64,000 nt of DNA. Source: an uncultured Bacteroidota bacterium. GTDB taxonomy: Bacteria > Bacteroidota > Ignavibacteria > Kryptoniales > JAKASW01. Within the stretch, counting starts at the first letter, position 1, and each line of letters opens with the position of its first letter. The translations under genes and the position numbers were made by a program. The notes below the pieces were generated by a model that worked only from the letters and a program-made list of their open reading frames with translations, was not told the DNA's origin and did no database searches. The DNA lies in assembly GCA_963808245.1 (NCBI GenBank), contig CAWEES010000002.1, positions 43,032-107,031 on the forward strand. The letters run 5' to 3'. Shown piece after piece: positions 1-10,199 of this stretch.

Positions 1-383
1 TCACGGTGGCGAACACCTATGTCGGCATGGCAATTGACATTTACAAGAAAGCGCCAAAAATTCACACCGTTACCGGCGGGTATTCCGGCCCGGCAGTAAA
101 ACCCCTGACGATGGCAAAAGTGTTCCAGGTATATAATTCTGTAAAAATACCTGTAGTTGCCAGTGGTGGGATTTTTACATGGCAAGATGTTATTGAATAT
201 CTTCTGGCAGGCGCAACCGCTGTTGAGTTGGGAACGGTATTATTCACGAAGCCCGATGCATCGAATGAATTTCTAAGTGAGATCGGTCACTATCTTTTGG
301 ACATGAAGATAGATCGGGTAAAGGAACTTATTGGAAACTTGAACGTCAACATAGACAATATGCCACATTTGATGCCAAGTTAA
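1..383 (+). CDS. pyrD: dihydroorotate dehydrogenase, C-terminal part (5' end lies left of the window)
   Basis: The ORF is open to the window edge. The translation ...TGGYSGPAVKPLTMAKVFQVY...IPVVASGGIFTWQDVIEYLLAGATAVELGT is typical of the C-terminal FMN-binding strands of class 1 DHODH. Confidence 0.8.
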   Translation, partial: TVANTYVGMAIDIYKKAPKIHTVTGGYSGPAVKPLTMAKVFQVYNSVKIPVVASGGIFTWQDVIEYLLAGATAVELGTVLFTKPDASNEFLSEIGHYLLDMKIDRVKELIGNLNVNIDNMPHLMPS

Positions 384-497
384 TTCTCATTACGACATTC
401 AATTAGAAGGGACCCTCGAACCACCCACCGCAGTTGGAGAATCAAATATCTTTGAACTAAGTCTAATAAATAGATGTTATAATAGCCTGGAGCGATT

Positions 498-1799
498 TTG
501 CAGATAGAAGCAGCAATAGATTTCCTCTTTGACCTTGAAAGATTCGGAATGAAGATGGACATGACAAACATCAGGAAACTGGTAGAGTTTGCGGGGAATC
601 CTCACGAGAGTCTAAAGCTGATCCATGTTGCCGGAACCAACGGCAAAGGGAGTACGTGTGCGGCTATTGCAAGCGTCTTGACATCGATGAAATATAAGGT
701 TGGATTATATACCTCACCGCATATTGTGGATTTTACGGAGCGTATCAAGATTGACGGAAAGCAGATATCGGAATCAGAGGTGGCTCGACTTACAGATTTT
801 TTCCAGCCTGAGATTGTAAAATCGCGGGCAACTTTCTTTGAAGCGACTACCGCGATGATGTTCAAATATTTTGCCGACAACGAAGTTGATTATGCGGTTA
901 TAGAAACAGGGTTGGGTGGAAGACTGGACTCGACCAATATCGTGGATCCCATGATCTCTGTTATAACGAGTATCGGCCTTGATCATACGGAAATCCTAGG
1001 CGACACAACCGAGAAGATCGCGGCTGAAAAGGGAGGAATAATAAAACCCGAACGCCCCGTGGTTGTGAATGCAGGAACAGAATCAGTGAAGGAAGTTTTT
1101 AGATCGATAGCAAGAAAAAATAATTCGGAATTGTTCTTTGTTGATGAGGCAGCGCAGTATAAAAATCTAAGCATGAATATTTATGGTTCGGCATTTGACG
1201 CAGAAGTGTTTGGCGATAAATTTCCGGAATTGAGAATCGGATTAGCGGGGGAACATCAAGTCCAAAACGCTTTAACAGCCTTGACCGCATTATCCATCCT
1301 GGCCCGGAACGGGGTAAATATTAAGAAGGATAAAATCTATGAAGGCCTTGAGCTCATACCCGAGAATACCGGCCATAAAGGGAGATTTGATATCGTCAGT
1401 AATGAGCCACTGATAATCTTAGACGTAGCTCATAACCCGGACGGTGTTCGAATGCTCCTCAACAGTTTAAGCCTCCTTGGTGAAAAAGAGGGAATTTTGT
1501 TGTTTGGTGCGATGAGAGATAAAGATGCAAAATCTATGTTAAACCTGTTGCGCCAAAGATTTGAGAAGGTTATCTTAACTCAGCTTCAGACCCCGCGTTC
1601 GTTAAATGTTGAAGAGTTGAACAAGTTGTCTGAAGATATTAACTTACAATCGAAAGTTTTTGATAATTCCTCGGAAGCGTTAAGAACCGCCTTAACTCAA
1701 ATCAATAATGATAGTTTTCTTCTGGTAACAGGCTCCCATTACTTGGCGGGTGAGGCTTTGCCATTCATGGATAAGGCAATCTTGAATCTTCAAATTTAA
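498..1799 (+). CDS. folC: bifunctional folylpolyglutamate synthase / dihydrofolate synthase
   Basis: 433-aa ORF with a TTG start. It has the Mur-ligase P-loop HVAGTNGKGST and the GLDH.. motif (SIGLDHTEILG), and the length fits FolC. Confidence 0.85.
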   Translation: MQIEAAIDFLFDLERFGMKMDMTNIRKLVEFAGNPHESLKLIHVAGTNGKGSTCAAIASVLTSMKYKVGLYTSPHIVDFTERIKIDGKQISESEVARLTDFFQPEIVKSRATFFEATTAMMFKYFADNEVDYAVIETGLGGRLDSTNIVDPMISVITSIGLDHTEILGDTTEKIAAEKGGIIKPERPVVVNAGTESVKEVFRSIARKNNSELFFVDEAAQYKNLSMNIYGSAFDAEVFGDKFPELRIGLAGEHQVQNALTALTALSILARNGVNIKKDKIYEGLELIPENTGHKGRFDIVSNEPLIILDVAHNPDGVRMLLNSLSLLGEKEGILLFGAMRDKDAKSMLNLLRQRFEKVILTQLQTPRSLNVEELNKLSEDINLQSKVFDNSSEALRTALTQINNDSFLLVTGSHYLAGEALPFMDKAILNLQI

Positions 1800-1938
1800 T
1801 TTAGATGAGTAGATATTTCCCGTTCTTTTTGAATTCCAACCGTACCTGATGAAGGATAAACATATCACTGAAATATTTTGGTGCTAATTAGTTTTGTCAG
1901 GAAATTTTCCTCAACGTTTCAATAGTAATAAAACCTTT

Positions 1939-1944
1939 AGGAGG
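1939..1944 (+). promoter_or_regulatory. Shine-Dalgarno site (AGGAGG) of rho
   Basis: AGGAGG lies 9 nt upstream of the ATG at 1954. Confidence 0.6.
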
Positions 1945-1953
1945 TAGTTTTCG

Positions 1954-3258
1954 ATGAGTGTAGATCTCGCAGAGCTGCAGGGAATGAAAGTGGCTGATTT
2001 GCATAAGCTTGCAAGAGAGCTGGAGATCCCGGGCTATAGTGGACTTAGGAAAGAAGAAGTCATATTCAAGATCATGGAGAAGCAGAGCAGCATTGCTGTA
2101 AAGGAGGTGCCTCAAAGTGAAACACAGGCAGCACCGCCGGAACCTCCCGGCATATCCGTTAGCGCGGGCGTTTTAGATGTTCATAATGATGGATATGGTT
2201 TCCTGCGATCTCCTAAATATAATTATCTATCGTCACCTGACGATATCTACGTTTCCCCGTCGCAGATAAAAAAATTCGGCTTGATGACGGGAGACACCGT
2301 CAGCGGACAAATCCGGCCTCCCAAGGAAGGCGAGAAGTTCTTTGCTCTACTTCGAGTTGAACGGGTGAATTTCCGTGACCCTGAGTTTACGCGCGAGCGG
2401 GTCATGTTCGATAACCTCACGCCTCTTTATCCGAATGAAAAACTGCACCTTGAGAGTGTCCCCGGAGAATATTCAATGAGGATTATCGACCTCCTTGCAC
2501 CGATCGGGGCAGGGCAGCGCGGCATGATCGTCTCTCCTCCCAAAGCGGGTAAAACAATTTTTCTACAAAAGATCGCCAACAGCATAACCAGAAATCATCC
2601 TGACGTCCGTCTCATTGTTCTGCTGATCGATGAACGCCCGGAGGAAGTAACCGACATGGAGCGTTCGGTCAATGCCGAAGTTGTCAGTTCAACTTTTGAC
2701 GAAGAACCGCAGCGACACACACAGGTGGCAGAAATGGTGCTCGATAAAGCGAGGCGTCTCGTCGAGGCAAAGAATGATGTCGTCATTTTGCTGGACAGCA
2801 TTACGAGATTAGCCAGAGCTTATAATGCCACGGTCCCTCATAGCGGAAAGATCCTTTCAGGAGGTATCGACTCAAATGCGCTTATCAAACCGAAACGGTT
2901 TTTCGGCGCCGCGAGAAACATTGAAGAAGGCGGGAGCTTGACCATCATCGGAACTGCATTGATCGAGACAGGAAGCAGAATGGATGAAGTGATCTTCGAA
3001 GAGTTCAAGGGGACAGGTAACATGGAAATTGTTCTGACCCGTGAGCTTGCGGACAAGAGAATTTTCCCGGCTGTCGATGTTAATAAGAGCTCGACCAGGC
3101 ATGAAGAACTCCTTTTGTCGCCGGATGAGCTTAATAGAATTTGGGTTTTGAGAAAGATACTAAGCGATTACTCGCCCGTTGATGCGATGGAGTTTCTGCT
3201 GGACAAGATGCGCGGGACGAAAAGTAATAAGGAATTCTTAAAGGCAATGAACAGCTAA
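1954..3258 (+). CDS. rho: transcription termination factor Rho
   Basis: The N-terminus [40 protein letters not shown] is Rho_N-like. Also present are Walker A SPPKAGKT and the conserved C-terminal [36 protein letters not shown]. Confidence 0.95.
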   Translation: MSVDLAELQGMKVADLHKLARELEIPGYSGLRKEEVIFKIMEKQSSIAVKEVPQSETQAAPPEPPGISVSAGVLDVHNDGYGFLRSPKYNYLSSPDDIYVSPSQIKKFGLMTGDTVSGQIRPPKEGEKFFALLRVERVNFRDPEFTRERVMFDNLTPLYPNEKLHLESVPGEYSMRIIDLLAPIGAGQRGMIVSPPKAGKTIFLQKIANSITRNHPDVRLIVLLIDERPEEVTDMERSVNAEVVSSTFDEEPQRHTQVAEMVLDKARRLVEAKNDVVILLDSITRLARAYNATVPHSGKILSGGIDSNALIKPKRFFGAARNIEEGGSLTIIGTALIETGSRMDEVIFEEFKGTGNMEIVLTRELADKRIFPAVDVNKSSTRHEELLLSPDELNRIWVLRKILSDYSPVDAMEFLLDKMRGTKSNKEFLKAMNS

Positions 3259-3260
3259 AA

Positions 3261-3266
3261 AGGAGG
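3261..3266 (+). promoter_or_regulatory. Shine-Dalgarno site (AGGAGG) of the thiolase gene
   Basis: AGGAGG lies 5 nt upstream of the ATG at 3272. Confidence 0.55.
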
Positions 3267-3271
3267 TACAT

Positions 3272-4447
3272 ATGAGGCAGGTGGTGATAGTTAGCGCCTG
3301 TCGCACTCCGATCGGTTCCTTCCAGGGGTCTTTGAGCGGGCTCTCCGCTCCAAAGTTGGGTTCCATTGCAATCAAAGAAGCTGTTAAGCGGGCAGGAATC
3401 TCTCCACAGCAAGTGGAAGAGGTCTTCATGGGTTGCGTGTTGACGGCGGGTGTCGGTCAGGCACCCGCGAGGCAAGCTGCCATCTTCGCCGGTATCCCAA
3501 ACACCGTACCATGTACTACCATCAACAAAGTTTGCGGATCGGGAATGAAATCGGTGATGCTCGGAGCATTGACGATCATGGCGGGCGAGGCAGATATCGT
3601 CGTTGCCGGCGGGATGGAAAGCATGTCTAATGCGCCTTACCTGTTGGACAAAGCAAGAACAGGTTACAGGATGGGGGATGGGAAGATCGTTGATTCGATG
3701 GTTAAGGACGGGTTATGGGATGTTTACAACGAATTTCATATGGGCAACGCCGCCGAGCTTTGCTCCAGAGAATGCAACATATCACGTGAGGCTCAAGATG
3801 AATATGCTGCAATGAGTTACCGTCGCACTTTGGAAGCGATGGACAAAGGATATTTCAAGAGTGAAATTGTGCCCGTTCCCGTCAAGGCAAAAGATGGTAC
3901 AACACTTCTTGTCGAAGAGGATGAAGAACCTCGAAAGGTAAAATTTGAAAAGATCCCACAACTAAAGCCGGCATTTGAAAAAGATGGGACAGTAACTGCC
4001 GCAAACGCAAGTAAGCTGAACGACGGAGCGTCGGCAGTGGTCCTGATGGCTGAGGAGACAGCAAGAAAATTAAACCTCATCCCGATGGCGAGAATTTTGT
4101 CCCAGGCGTCCACTGCGCAGGCACCGGAATGGTTCACAACTGCGCCGGTGGCTCTTATCGAAAAGCTTCTAATAAAATCGGAAATGCGAAAAGAGGATAT
4201 CGACCTCTTCGAGATAAACGAGGCTTTCGCGGTGGTTTCTTTGGCAGCAAAACAAAAGCTTGATCTGGATATCGACAAAATCAATATCCACGGCGGTGCG
4301 ATCGCTCTCGGCCATCCTATCGGTGCGAGCGGAGCGAGAATACTGACTACACTTATTTATGCGATGCAAAGAAAAGGCTCTCACAAAGGGCTTGCCGCAA
4401 TTTGCATTGGAGGAGGAGAAGCGGCAGGAATCATAATTGAAAGGTAA
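3272..4447 (+). CDS. acetyl-CoA C-acetyltransferase (thiolase II)
   Basis: 391 aa. It has the active-site Cys context NKVCGSGMKSV and the C-terminal thiolase signatures NIHGGAIALGHPIGASG and CIGGGEA. Confidence 0.92.
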   Translation: MRQVVIVSACRTPIGSFQGSLSGLSAPKLGSIAIKEAVKRAGISPQQVEEVFMGCVLTAGVGQAPARQAAIFAGIPNTVPCTTINKVCGSGMKSVMLGALTIMAGEADIVVAGGMESMSNAPYLLDKARTGYRMGDGKIVDSMVKDGLWDVYNEFHMGNAAELCSRECNISREAQDEYAAMSYRRTLEAMDKGYFKSEIVPVPVKAKDGTTLLVEEDEEPRKVKFEKIPQLKPAFEKDGTVTAANASKLNDGASAVVLMAEETARKLNLIPMARILSQASTAQAPEWFTTAPVALIEKLLIKSEMRKEDIDLFEINEAFAVVSLAAKQKLDLDIDKINIHGGAIALGHPIGASGARILTTLIYAMQRKGSHKGLAAICIGGGEAAGIIIER

Positions 4448-4450
4448 AAA

Positions 4451-5320
4451 ATGGAAGTCTGCAATGTAGGAGTGATAGGAGCAGGAACAATGGGGAGTGG
4501 AATTGCCCATATCTTAGCGCTTTGCAAATTCAATGTGAACTTAATTGATCTTCGCAGAGATGCGGTTGAAAAGGGAATGTATTATATAAGGCACAATATG
4601 GAAAGGCAGGTTACAAAAGGATTAATTTCCGAAAATCAGAAAGACGAGGCGCTGAATAAAATAACGCCGTCCACATCTCTTGAAACCGGCGTCCGAGACG
4701 TGGAGTTTGTAATTGAAGCTGCGACGGAAAATATTAAAGTGAAGAAAGATCTGTTTCACACGCTGAGCGATATATGCAAGGAGGAGACGATTCTTGCAAG
4801 CAACACCTCTTCCATTTCAATCACCGACCTTGCCGCGGCGACATTCAAACCGGATAAGGTAATCGGGATGCATTTCTTTAATCCCGTGCCGGTCATGAAG
4901 CTCATCGAGATCATAAAAGGACTTGCAACCTCAAATGAAACTTTTGAAACTGTACGAAATCTCTCTTACAAGCTTGATAAGGTCCCGGTAGAGGTTCAAG
5001 ACTATCCCGGCTTCGTTTCGAATCGTATTCTCATGCCGATGATTAACGAGGCGATATTTTGCGTGATGGAAAATGTGGCATCCGCCGAGTCTGTCGATAC
5101 TGTAATGAAACTTGGAATGAATCACCCAATGGGGCCGCTGGCTCTAGCGGACCTCATCGGCTTGGACGTGTGCCTTGACATCATGAACGTTTTGTTTCAT
5201 GGAACGGGAGATCCTAAATACCGGCCCTGCCCATTATTGAAAAAGATGGTGGCGGCTGGCTATTTGGGAAGAAAATGCGGAAGAGGATTTTATACGTACG
5301 AACAAAAACCATCGGCCTGA
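4451..5320 (+). CDS. hbd: 3-hydroxybutyryl-CoA dehydrogenase
   Basis: 289 aa with the Rossmann motif [15 protein letters not shown] and 3HCDH C-terminal domain motifs ([15 protein letters not shown]). It starts 4 nt after the thiolase stop. Confidence 0.9.
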   Translation: MEVCNVGVIGAGTMGSGIAHILALCKFNVNLIDLRRDAVEKGMYYIRHNMERQVTKGLISENQKDEALNKITPSTSLETGVRDVEFVIEAATENIKVKKDLFHTLSDICKEETILASNTSSISITDLAAATFKPDKVIGMHFFNPVPVMKLIEIIKGLATSNETFETVRNLSYKLDKVPVEVQDYPGFVSNRILMPMINEAIFCVMENVASAESVDTVMKLGMNHPMGPLALADLIGLDVCLDIMNVLFHGTGDPKYRPCPLLKKMVAAGYLGRKCGRGFYTYEQKPSA

Positions 5321-5327
5321 TCCCAGG

Positions 5328-6476
5328 ATGATTGACTTCGATTTTACAGATGAACAGCTCCAAATTAAGGAAGCTGCCAGAGATTTTGCAGACACTGAAC
5401 TGGCAAAAGGAGCGGCAGAGAGAGACGAGAAGGAGCTTTTTCCTTACGAACAGGTGAAGAAGATGGCCGAGCTCGGTTTCATGGGAATGATGGTTCCAGT
5501 GGAACATGGTGGTGCCGGCCTTGACACCGTTAGTTATGTTTTAGCGCTCGAAGAGATCAGCCGGGCAGACGCTTCCGCCGGAGTAATCATGAGCGTCAAT
5601 AATTCCCTTGTCTGCTGGGGATTGGAAAAATTCGGGACTGACGACCAGAAGAAAAAATATCTCGAACCGCTCGCATCGGGGAAGATGCTCGGCGCATTCT
5701 GTCTTTCAGAGCCGGAAGCAGGGAGTGATGCCGTAAATCAACGAACTACTGCCGTACGAAATGGAAACAGTTACATTTTAAACGGGACGAAAAACTTCAT
5801 CACAAACGGAGCGAACGCTGATATATTGCTGGTGATGGCAACTACCGACAAAACAAAAGGTGCCCGCGGCGTCAGTTCTTTTATTGTCGAGAAGAGGTTC
5901 TCCGGGATTTTCGTTTCAAAGAAAGAGCATAAGCTGGGAATCAGAAGCTCCGATACCGCACAAATTACTTTGCAGGATTGCGGCGTCCCCGTCGAGAACC
6001 GGATCGGCGATGAGGGCTTTGGATTCAAGTTTGCGATGATGACGCTCGACGGAGGAAGAATCGGCATCGCTGCCCAGGCAATCGGAATTGCGAGAGCCGC
6101 ACTCGATGCGTCGCTCAAGTACGTCAAAGAGAGAAAGGCGTTCGACAAACCGCTGCACGAGTTTCAGGCGATCCAATTCAAGCTCGCTGATATGCACACG
6201 AACATCGAGGCGGCGCAGCTGTTGACCTTGAATGCGGCTCTTCGGAAAGACCACGGTGAAAGATACACGAAAGAAGCTGCCATGGCGAAACTAATGGCAT
6301 CAAAGGTCGCCGTTGACTCCGCATTAGAGGCGATTCAAATTCACGGCGGATATGGATATCTAAAAGATTTTCCTGTTGAACGTTATCTCCGTGACGCAAA
6401 GATAACTGAAATTTATGAGGGAACGTCGGAGATTCAACATCTGGTTATAGCGAGAGAATTGCTCGATTTGAAATAG
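5328..6476 (+). CDS. acyl-CoA dehydrogenase (short-chain/butyryl-CoA dehydrogenase-like)
   Basis: 382 aa. It has the ACAD signatures GAFCLSEPEAGSD and the catalytic-base region YEGTSEIQHLVIAREL. Confidence 0.9.
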   Translation: MIDFDFTDEQLQIKEAARDFADTELAKGAAERDEKELFPYEQVKKMAELGFMGMMVPVEHGGAGLDTVSYVLALEEISRADASAGVIMSVNNSLVCWGLEKFGTDDQKKKYLEPLASGKMLGAFCLSEPEAGSDAVNQRTTAVRNGNSYILNGTKNFITNGANADILLVMATTDKTKGARGVSSFIVEKRFSGIFVSKKEHKLGIRSSDTAQITLQDCGVPVENRIGDEGFGFKFAMMTLDGGRIGIAAQAIGIARAALDASLKYVKERKAFDKPLHEFQAIQFKLADMHTNIEAAQLLTLNAALRKDHGERYTKEAAMAKLMASKVAVDSALEAIQIHGGYGYLKDFPVERYLRDAKITEIYEGTSEIQHLVIARELLDLK

Positions 6477-6530
6477 CTCCTCTCATCGAGCAGGTATTAT
6501 TACCTATTTCGAAAACTTATTTACGAAAAC

Positions 6531-8999
6531 ATGAACATGGACATGAAGAAATTGCTACTGTTTACAATACTTGCCGCGTCAGCGTTACCTCCAGGTATCA
6601 TGGCTGAGGTTCATATTCTACCAACACCGAAGTTCGTAAGTGAGATTAAGGGAGATATTAAGTTTGCAAAAATATCTGCAGACTTTAATACCGCTTCGAA
6701 CGACACAGCGTCATTGATCGAACTCAAGAACATTTTTGGGAATGACCTTGTGCACGCATCAAGAACCGGCCGTGAACTCTCCATAGTCGCCCGCATCATC
6801 ACTCCAGGCGAGGGGCAGGTTGACCATAATTTTCCTGCCGCCATCGGAGACAGTGTTCTCGCCAATGATGAAGGCTATTTCCTCACGATTACCAGGCATC
6901 AAATCCAGATTCAGGCTAACACAAAAGTCGGAATATTCTACGCGGTTACGACGCTTCTTCAACTCATTCAGAAAGAAAGAGGTGGTTATACTCTTCCGGT
7001 GGTTAGTATTGCCGATTACCCATCCATGAAGATGCGAGGAATCAGCGACGATATCAGCAGAGGCCAGATTTCGACGCAGGACAATTTTAAGAAAATCATC
7101 CGTTTCCTTGCGATGCACAGGATGAACGTCTATATGCCATATATAGAAAACCTATTTGACTTCAAGTCTTATCCTGATTTCAGCAAAGGACGCGCCCCGC
7201 TGACATCGACAGAGGTGTCCCAGCTTGATGAATATGGAAAGCTGTACCATGTCCAGATAATTCCGATCTTTGAGACGCTCGGGCACATGGAAGACATTTT
7301 ACAGAAACCTGAATTTGAACAATATGCGGAATTCCCCGGCGCGGCATCGGTCAATATCTCAAGCGATTCGACTTACGCCTTTATGAAAACCCTCCTCTCG
7401 GAGATTGCGCCTGCATTCTCGAGCAGATATTTCAACATGGCCGCCGACGAGAGTTTCGATGTGGGCCTGGGGCAAAGCAAACATTTGGTCGATTCGCTCG
7501 GAATCGATCAGGTGCACGCCCAATACTACAAGAAGATCTACGATCTTTTGAAATCACTGGGTAAAGACGTGATGATGTACGGAGATATTATCTTGAAGAA
7601 CCCGACTATCTTATCCGAGATTCCAAAGGACATTACGATCGTTGATTGGGAGTACGGTGCCGCATTCGATTATCCGAGTGTGCAGAAATTCAACGATGCC
7701 GGATTCAAGTTCATCGTTTCACCCGCGGTTTGGAATTTCACAGGACCGTTTCCGAACTTCTACAACAGCTACATAAACATCGAGTATTTCATCAGGGAAG
7801 GATACAAAGCCGGGGCTGCCGGAGTCGTCGTCTCAACCTGGAACGACAACGGCGCTGCCGAGCTTCGAGAATTAAACTACCCCGGCTACGCCTGGAGCTC
7901 AGAATGCGCATGGAACCAGGAGAATCCCTCCATGGCAGGATTCGAAGAGATTTTCTTCAAACAATATTTCAGGACAAGATCGGACCTGCCGCGAATAATT
8001 TACGAGATGCTAAGCTCAACAAGTAATCAAGTAAGCTGGTACGATTTCTGGCGGGCTCCCTTCATTGATAAACCGGAGTGGGGTGTTCCTGTTCGCGCCG
8101 CGAGCATTGAGTCTTCCATGCCGGAAGTGTTGTCGCTTATAAAAGAAGCACGCGGAGTCGTCGGGACGAATGAAGACATACTCGACCTGTATGAACTTGT
8201 AGTCAACATAAATAAATTCTGGGCGGACAAGGTTCTAGCGGTTAATCAAATCAAAAGCGTTGCCTCCGACAGCTCTTTGTCAAGTTCAAAGAAAAGCGAG
8301 AAGATACTGCCGATCACCGGCTCACTTCTTGAGTCGCTGTCAAAATTGAAGAAGGACTATACAAAATTATATTTAAGAACCAACCGCTACCCGATGCTCC
8401 AACTCATCGAGTCAAGATTTGACGATCAGGAGAAAGATCTTGAGGCGGGGACAAAAGAAATCCTCTCGGGGGATTCCACATTCAATCAAATCCTGGCGTC
8501 TAAGTTTATTTATTATCCGGGAAGCCGGCCATACACAAACGGAGCTTTCAAAGTCGACTCTGCGACATTCTTCAAGTCAATCGACCTTGCGGAAGTTCCA
8601 GAGTCAGATACGCTTCAACTTATCGGCGACACATACTGCAAGCTCATCATCAATGGCGACTATGTCGGGGAAGTACAGGCGAGAAGAACATTGACGTGGA
8701 ATGTCGAGAAAGAAAGGGTGAGAATATTTGATATTGCAGGATTTCTCAAGACAGGATCCAATACAATCGTTGTACAGTCAATCAACTACGATCACAACGG
8801 ATCGGCGGGCTGCAATGTGTTCGCGGAAATCGGCAGCGACACACTGGAAACGGACGGGAGCTGGAAAGTCGCGAAGGGAATTGTGGCATCCGACACTCTC
8901 GATGCTTCATCCTTCATCGATGCGATGCCATATGATAACGGCTGGCTAATCTCGGCACCGGAATTCTCAATGGGGCTCAAGTCCTGGATCGAAAGGTGA
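6531..8999 (+). CDS. secreted GH20-family beta-N-acetylhexosaminidase-like glycosidase with a long C-terminal extension
   Basis: 822 aa with a signal peptide (KKLLLFTILAASALPPGIMA). GH20 TIM-barrel motifs are MKMRGISDDISRG, IIPIFETLGHME and the D-E pair in NMAADES. Confidence 0.75.
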   Translation: MNMDMKKLLLFTILAASALPPGIMAEVHILPTPKFVSEIKGDIKFAKISADFNTASNDTASLIELKNIFGNDLVHASRTGRELSIVARIITPGEGQVDHNFPAAIGDSVLANDEGYFLTITRHQIQIQANTKVGIFYAVTTLLQLIQKERGGYTLPVVSIADYPSMKMRGISDDISRGQISTQDNFKKIIRFLAMHRMNVYMPYIENLFDFKSYPDFSKGRAPLTSTEVSQLDEYGKLYHVQIIPIFETLGHMEDILQKPEFEQYAEFPGAASVNISSDSTYAFMKTLLSEIAPAFSSRYFNMAADESFDVGLGQSKHLVDSLGIDQVHAQYYKKIYDLLKSLGKDVMMYGDIILKNPTILSEIPKDITIVDWEYGAAFDYPSVQKFNDAGFKFIVSPAVWNFTGPFPNFYNSYINIEYFIREGYKAGAAGVVVSTWNDNGAAELRELNYPGYAWSSECAWNQENPSMAGFEEIFFKQYFRTRSDLPRIIYEMLSSTSNQVSWYDFWRAPFIDKPEWGVPVRAASIESSMPEVLSLIKEARGVVGTNEDILDLYELVVNINKFWADKVLAVNQIKSVASDSSLSSSKKSEKILPITGSLLESLSKLKKDYTKLYLRTNRYPMLQLIESRFDDQEKDLEAGTKEILSGDSTFNQILASKFIYYPGSRPYTNGAFKVDSATFFKSIDLAEVPESDTLQLIGDTYCKLIINGDYVGEVQARRTLTWNVEKERVRIFDIAGFLKTGSNTIVVQSINYDHNGSAGCNVFAEIGSDTLETDGSWKVAKGIVASDTLDASSFIDAMPYDNGWLISAPEFSMGLKSWIER

Positions 9000-9058
9000 A
9001 TTCCCAATCTACCTCATTATAATTTAACCGAAACATTTAACCACCCGAGTGAAATGCA

Positions 9059-9505
9059 ATGGCAAACCTATTTAAACACGTAACGGCAGAATATATCAAC
9101 GGTCTTTGCAAAGGGACGATGGTAGAGCACATCGGGATTGAGGTAACAGAAATCGGGAGCGATTACTTGAAGGGGAGGATGCCCGTTGACACGAGGACAA
9201 TCCAAACGTACGGCATCCTGCATGGTGGCGCATCCGCTGCGTTCGCGGAAACGCTCGGGAGCATCGCCGGGGTCTTGACGCTCGACTACGAGAAAGAATT
9301 CTGCGTCGGACTGGAAATAAACGCGAACCATGTTCGTAGCGTGAGGAGCGGGTACGTTTATGGCACGGCAAAGCCGCTGCATATCGGAACCAAGACTCAA
9401 GTTTGGGAAATCAAAATCGAGAATGAATCCGGCGAGCTGACGTGTATAAGCAGGTTAACTCTGGCCGTCCTTGCGAGAGACGACGAAAAGGAAATAGGGA
9501 AGTAG
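9059..9505 (+). CDS. hotdog-fold thioesterase (PaaI/YbdB family)
   Basis: 148 aa with the motif YGILHGGASAAFAETLGS typical of PaaI-type thioesterases. Confidence 0.8.
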   Translation: MANLFKHVTAEYINGLCKGTMVEHIGIEVTEIGSDYLKGRMPVDTRTIQTYGILHGGASAAFAETLGSIAGVLTLDYEKEFCVGLEINANHVRSVRSGYVYGTAKPLHIGTKTQVWEIKIENESGELTCISRLTLAVLARDDEKEIGK

Positions 9506-9589
9506 GTCGAAGTCGCGCGGGACAAAATGGCGCCGCTCTTCGCCGTGATAAAGCAAGCGCCATCTTAAATAATAATTGAGTATTGTTTT

Positions 9590-9613
9590 TTCGCTGTCAG
9601 GCGAAGTTGTTTT
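9590..9613. terminator. weak bidirectional hairpin between convergent genes
   Basis: TTCGC-TGTCAG-GCGAA is preceded by TTTTTT and followed by GTTGTTTT. It sits between the convergent ORF ends at 9505 and 9645. The stem is only 5 bp. Confidence 0.3.
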
Positions 9614-9644
9614 CAATCCGGTTCGGTAAGCATCCATCGAACAT

Positions 9645-10052
9645 TCAGGAACTTGAGCCAAGCTTAGCTTCAGCTATAATTGGCTGGAACAGTTCTACCG
9701 GATTACCCGATGGATCATCGATCAGACACTGCTTCCCGCCAACACCTGTAATAACATCGTTTCTGAAGTGAACTCCGGCATCGCGCAGCCGGTTAACCAG
9801 ACTCTCTATATCAGAAACTTCGATTGCAAACCGGTTCCATCCTCCCGGTTTTGGCAATGTACCGTCCGGCATCGCTTGTCCGCCGCCGGGTCCACCTCCC
9901 GGTTTGCTCAGCACAAGACGCAGGTCGCCGCGGGAAAGCATGGCGAAGGTCGGAGCCGGATGCATTACTTCATGAAAGCCGAGATGCGCACAATAGAATT
10001 CAATTGCCGTATCAACATCGTTGACTATATATCTAACTTGAACCGTAGCCAT
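9645..10052 (-). CDS. VOC (glyoxalase/bleomycin-resistance/dioxygenase) family protein
   Basis: 135 aa. The N-terminus VRYIVNDVDTAIEFYCAHLGF and the C-terminus CLIDDPSGNPVELFQ follow the paired beta-alpha-beta-beta-beta VOC pattern. Confidence 0.8.
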   Translation of the reverse strand: MATVQVRYIVNDVDTAIEFYCAHLGFHEVMHPAPTFAMLSRGDLRLVLSKPGGGPGGGQAMPDGTLPKPGGWNRFAIEVSDIESLVNRLRDAGVHFRNDVITGVGGKQCLIDDPSGNPVELFQPIIAEAKLGSSS

Positions 10053-10199
10053 TTCATATTTCTCCTCTCATATCCGTCTGTCTAAAGATACATTTCTGAA
10101 ATGAATGCAGCAAAACCATTTCGACTAACGTGACGCCGCATCACGCCGTCCCACCGCTCCATGATATTGAACACATTAACAAGGCGGACAGGCTCATAT

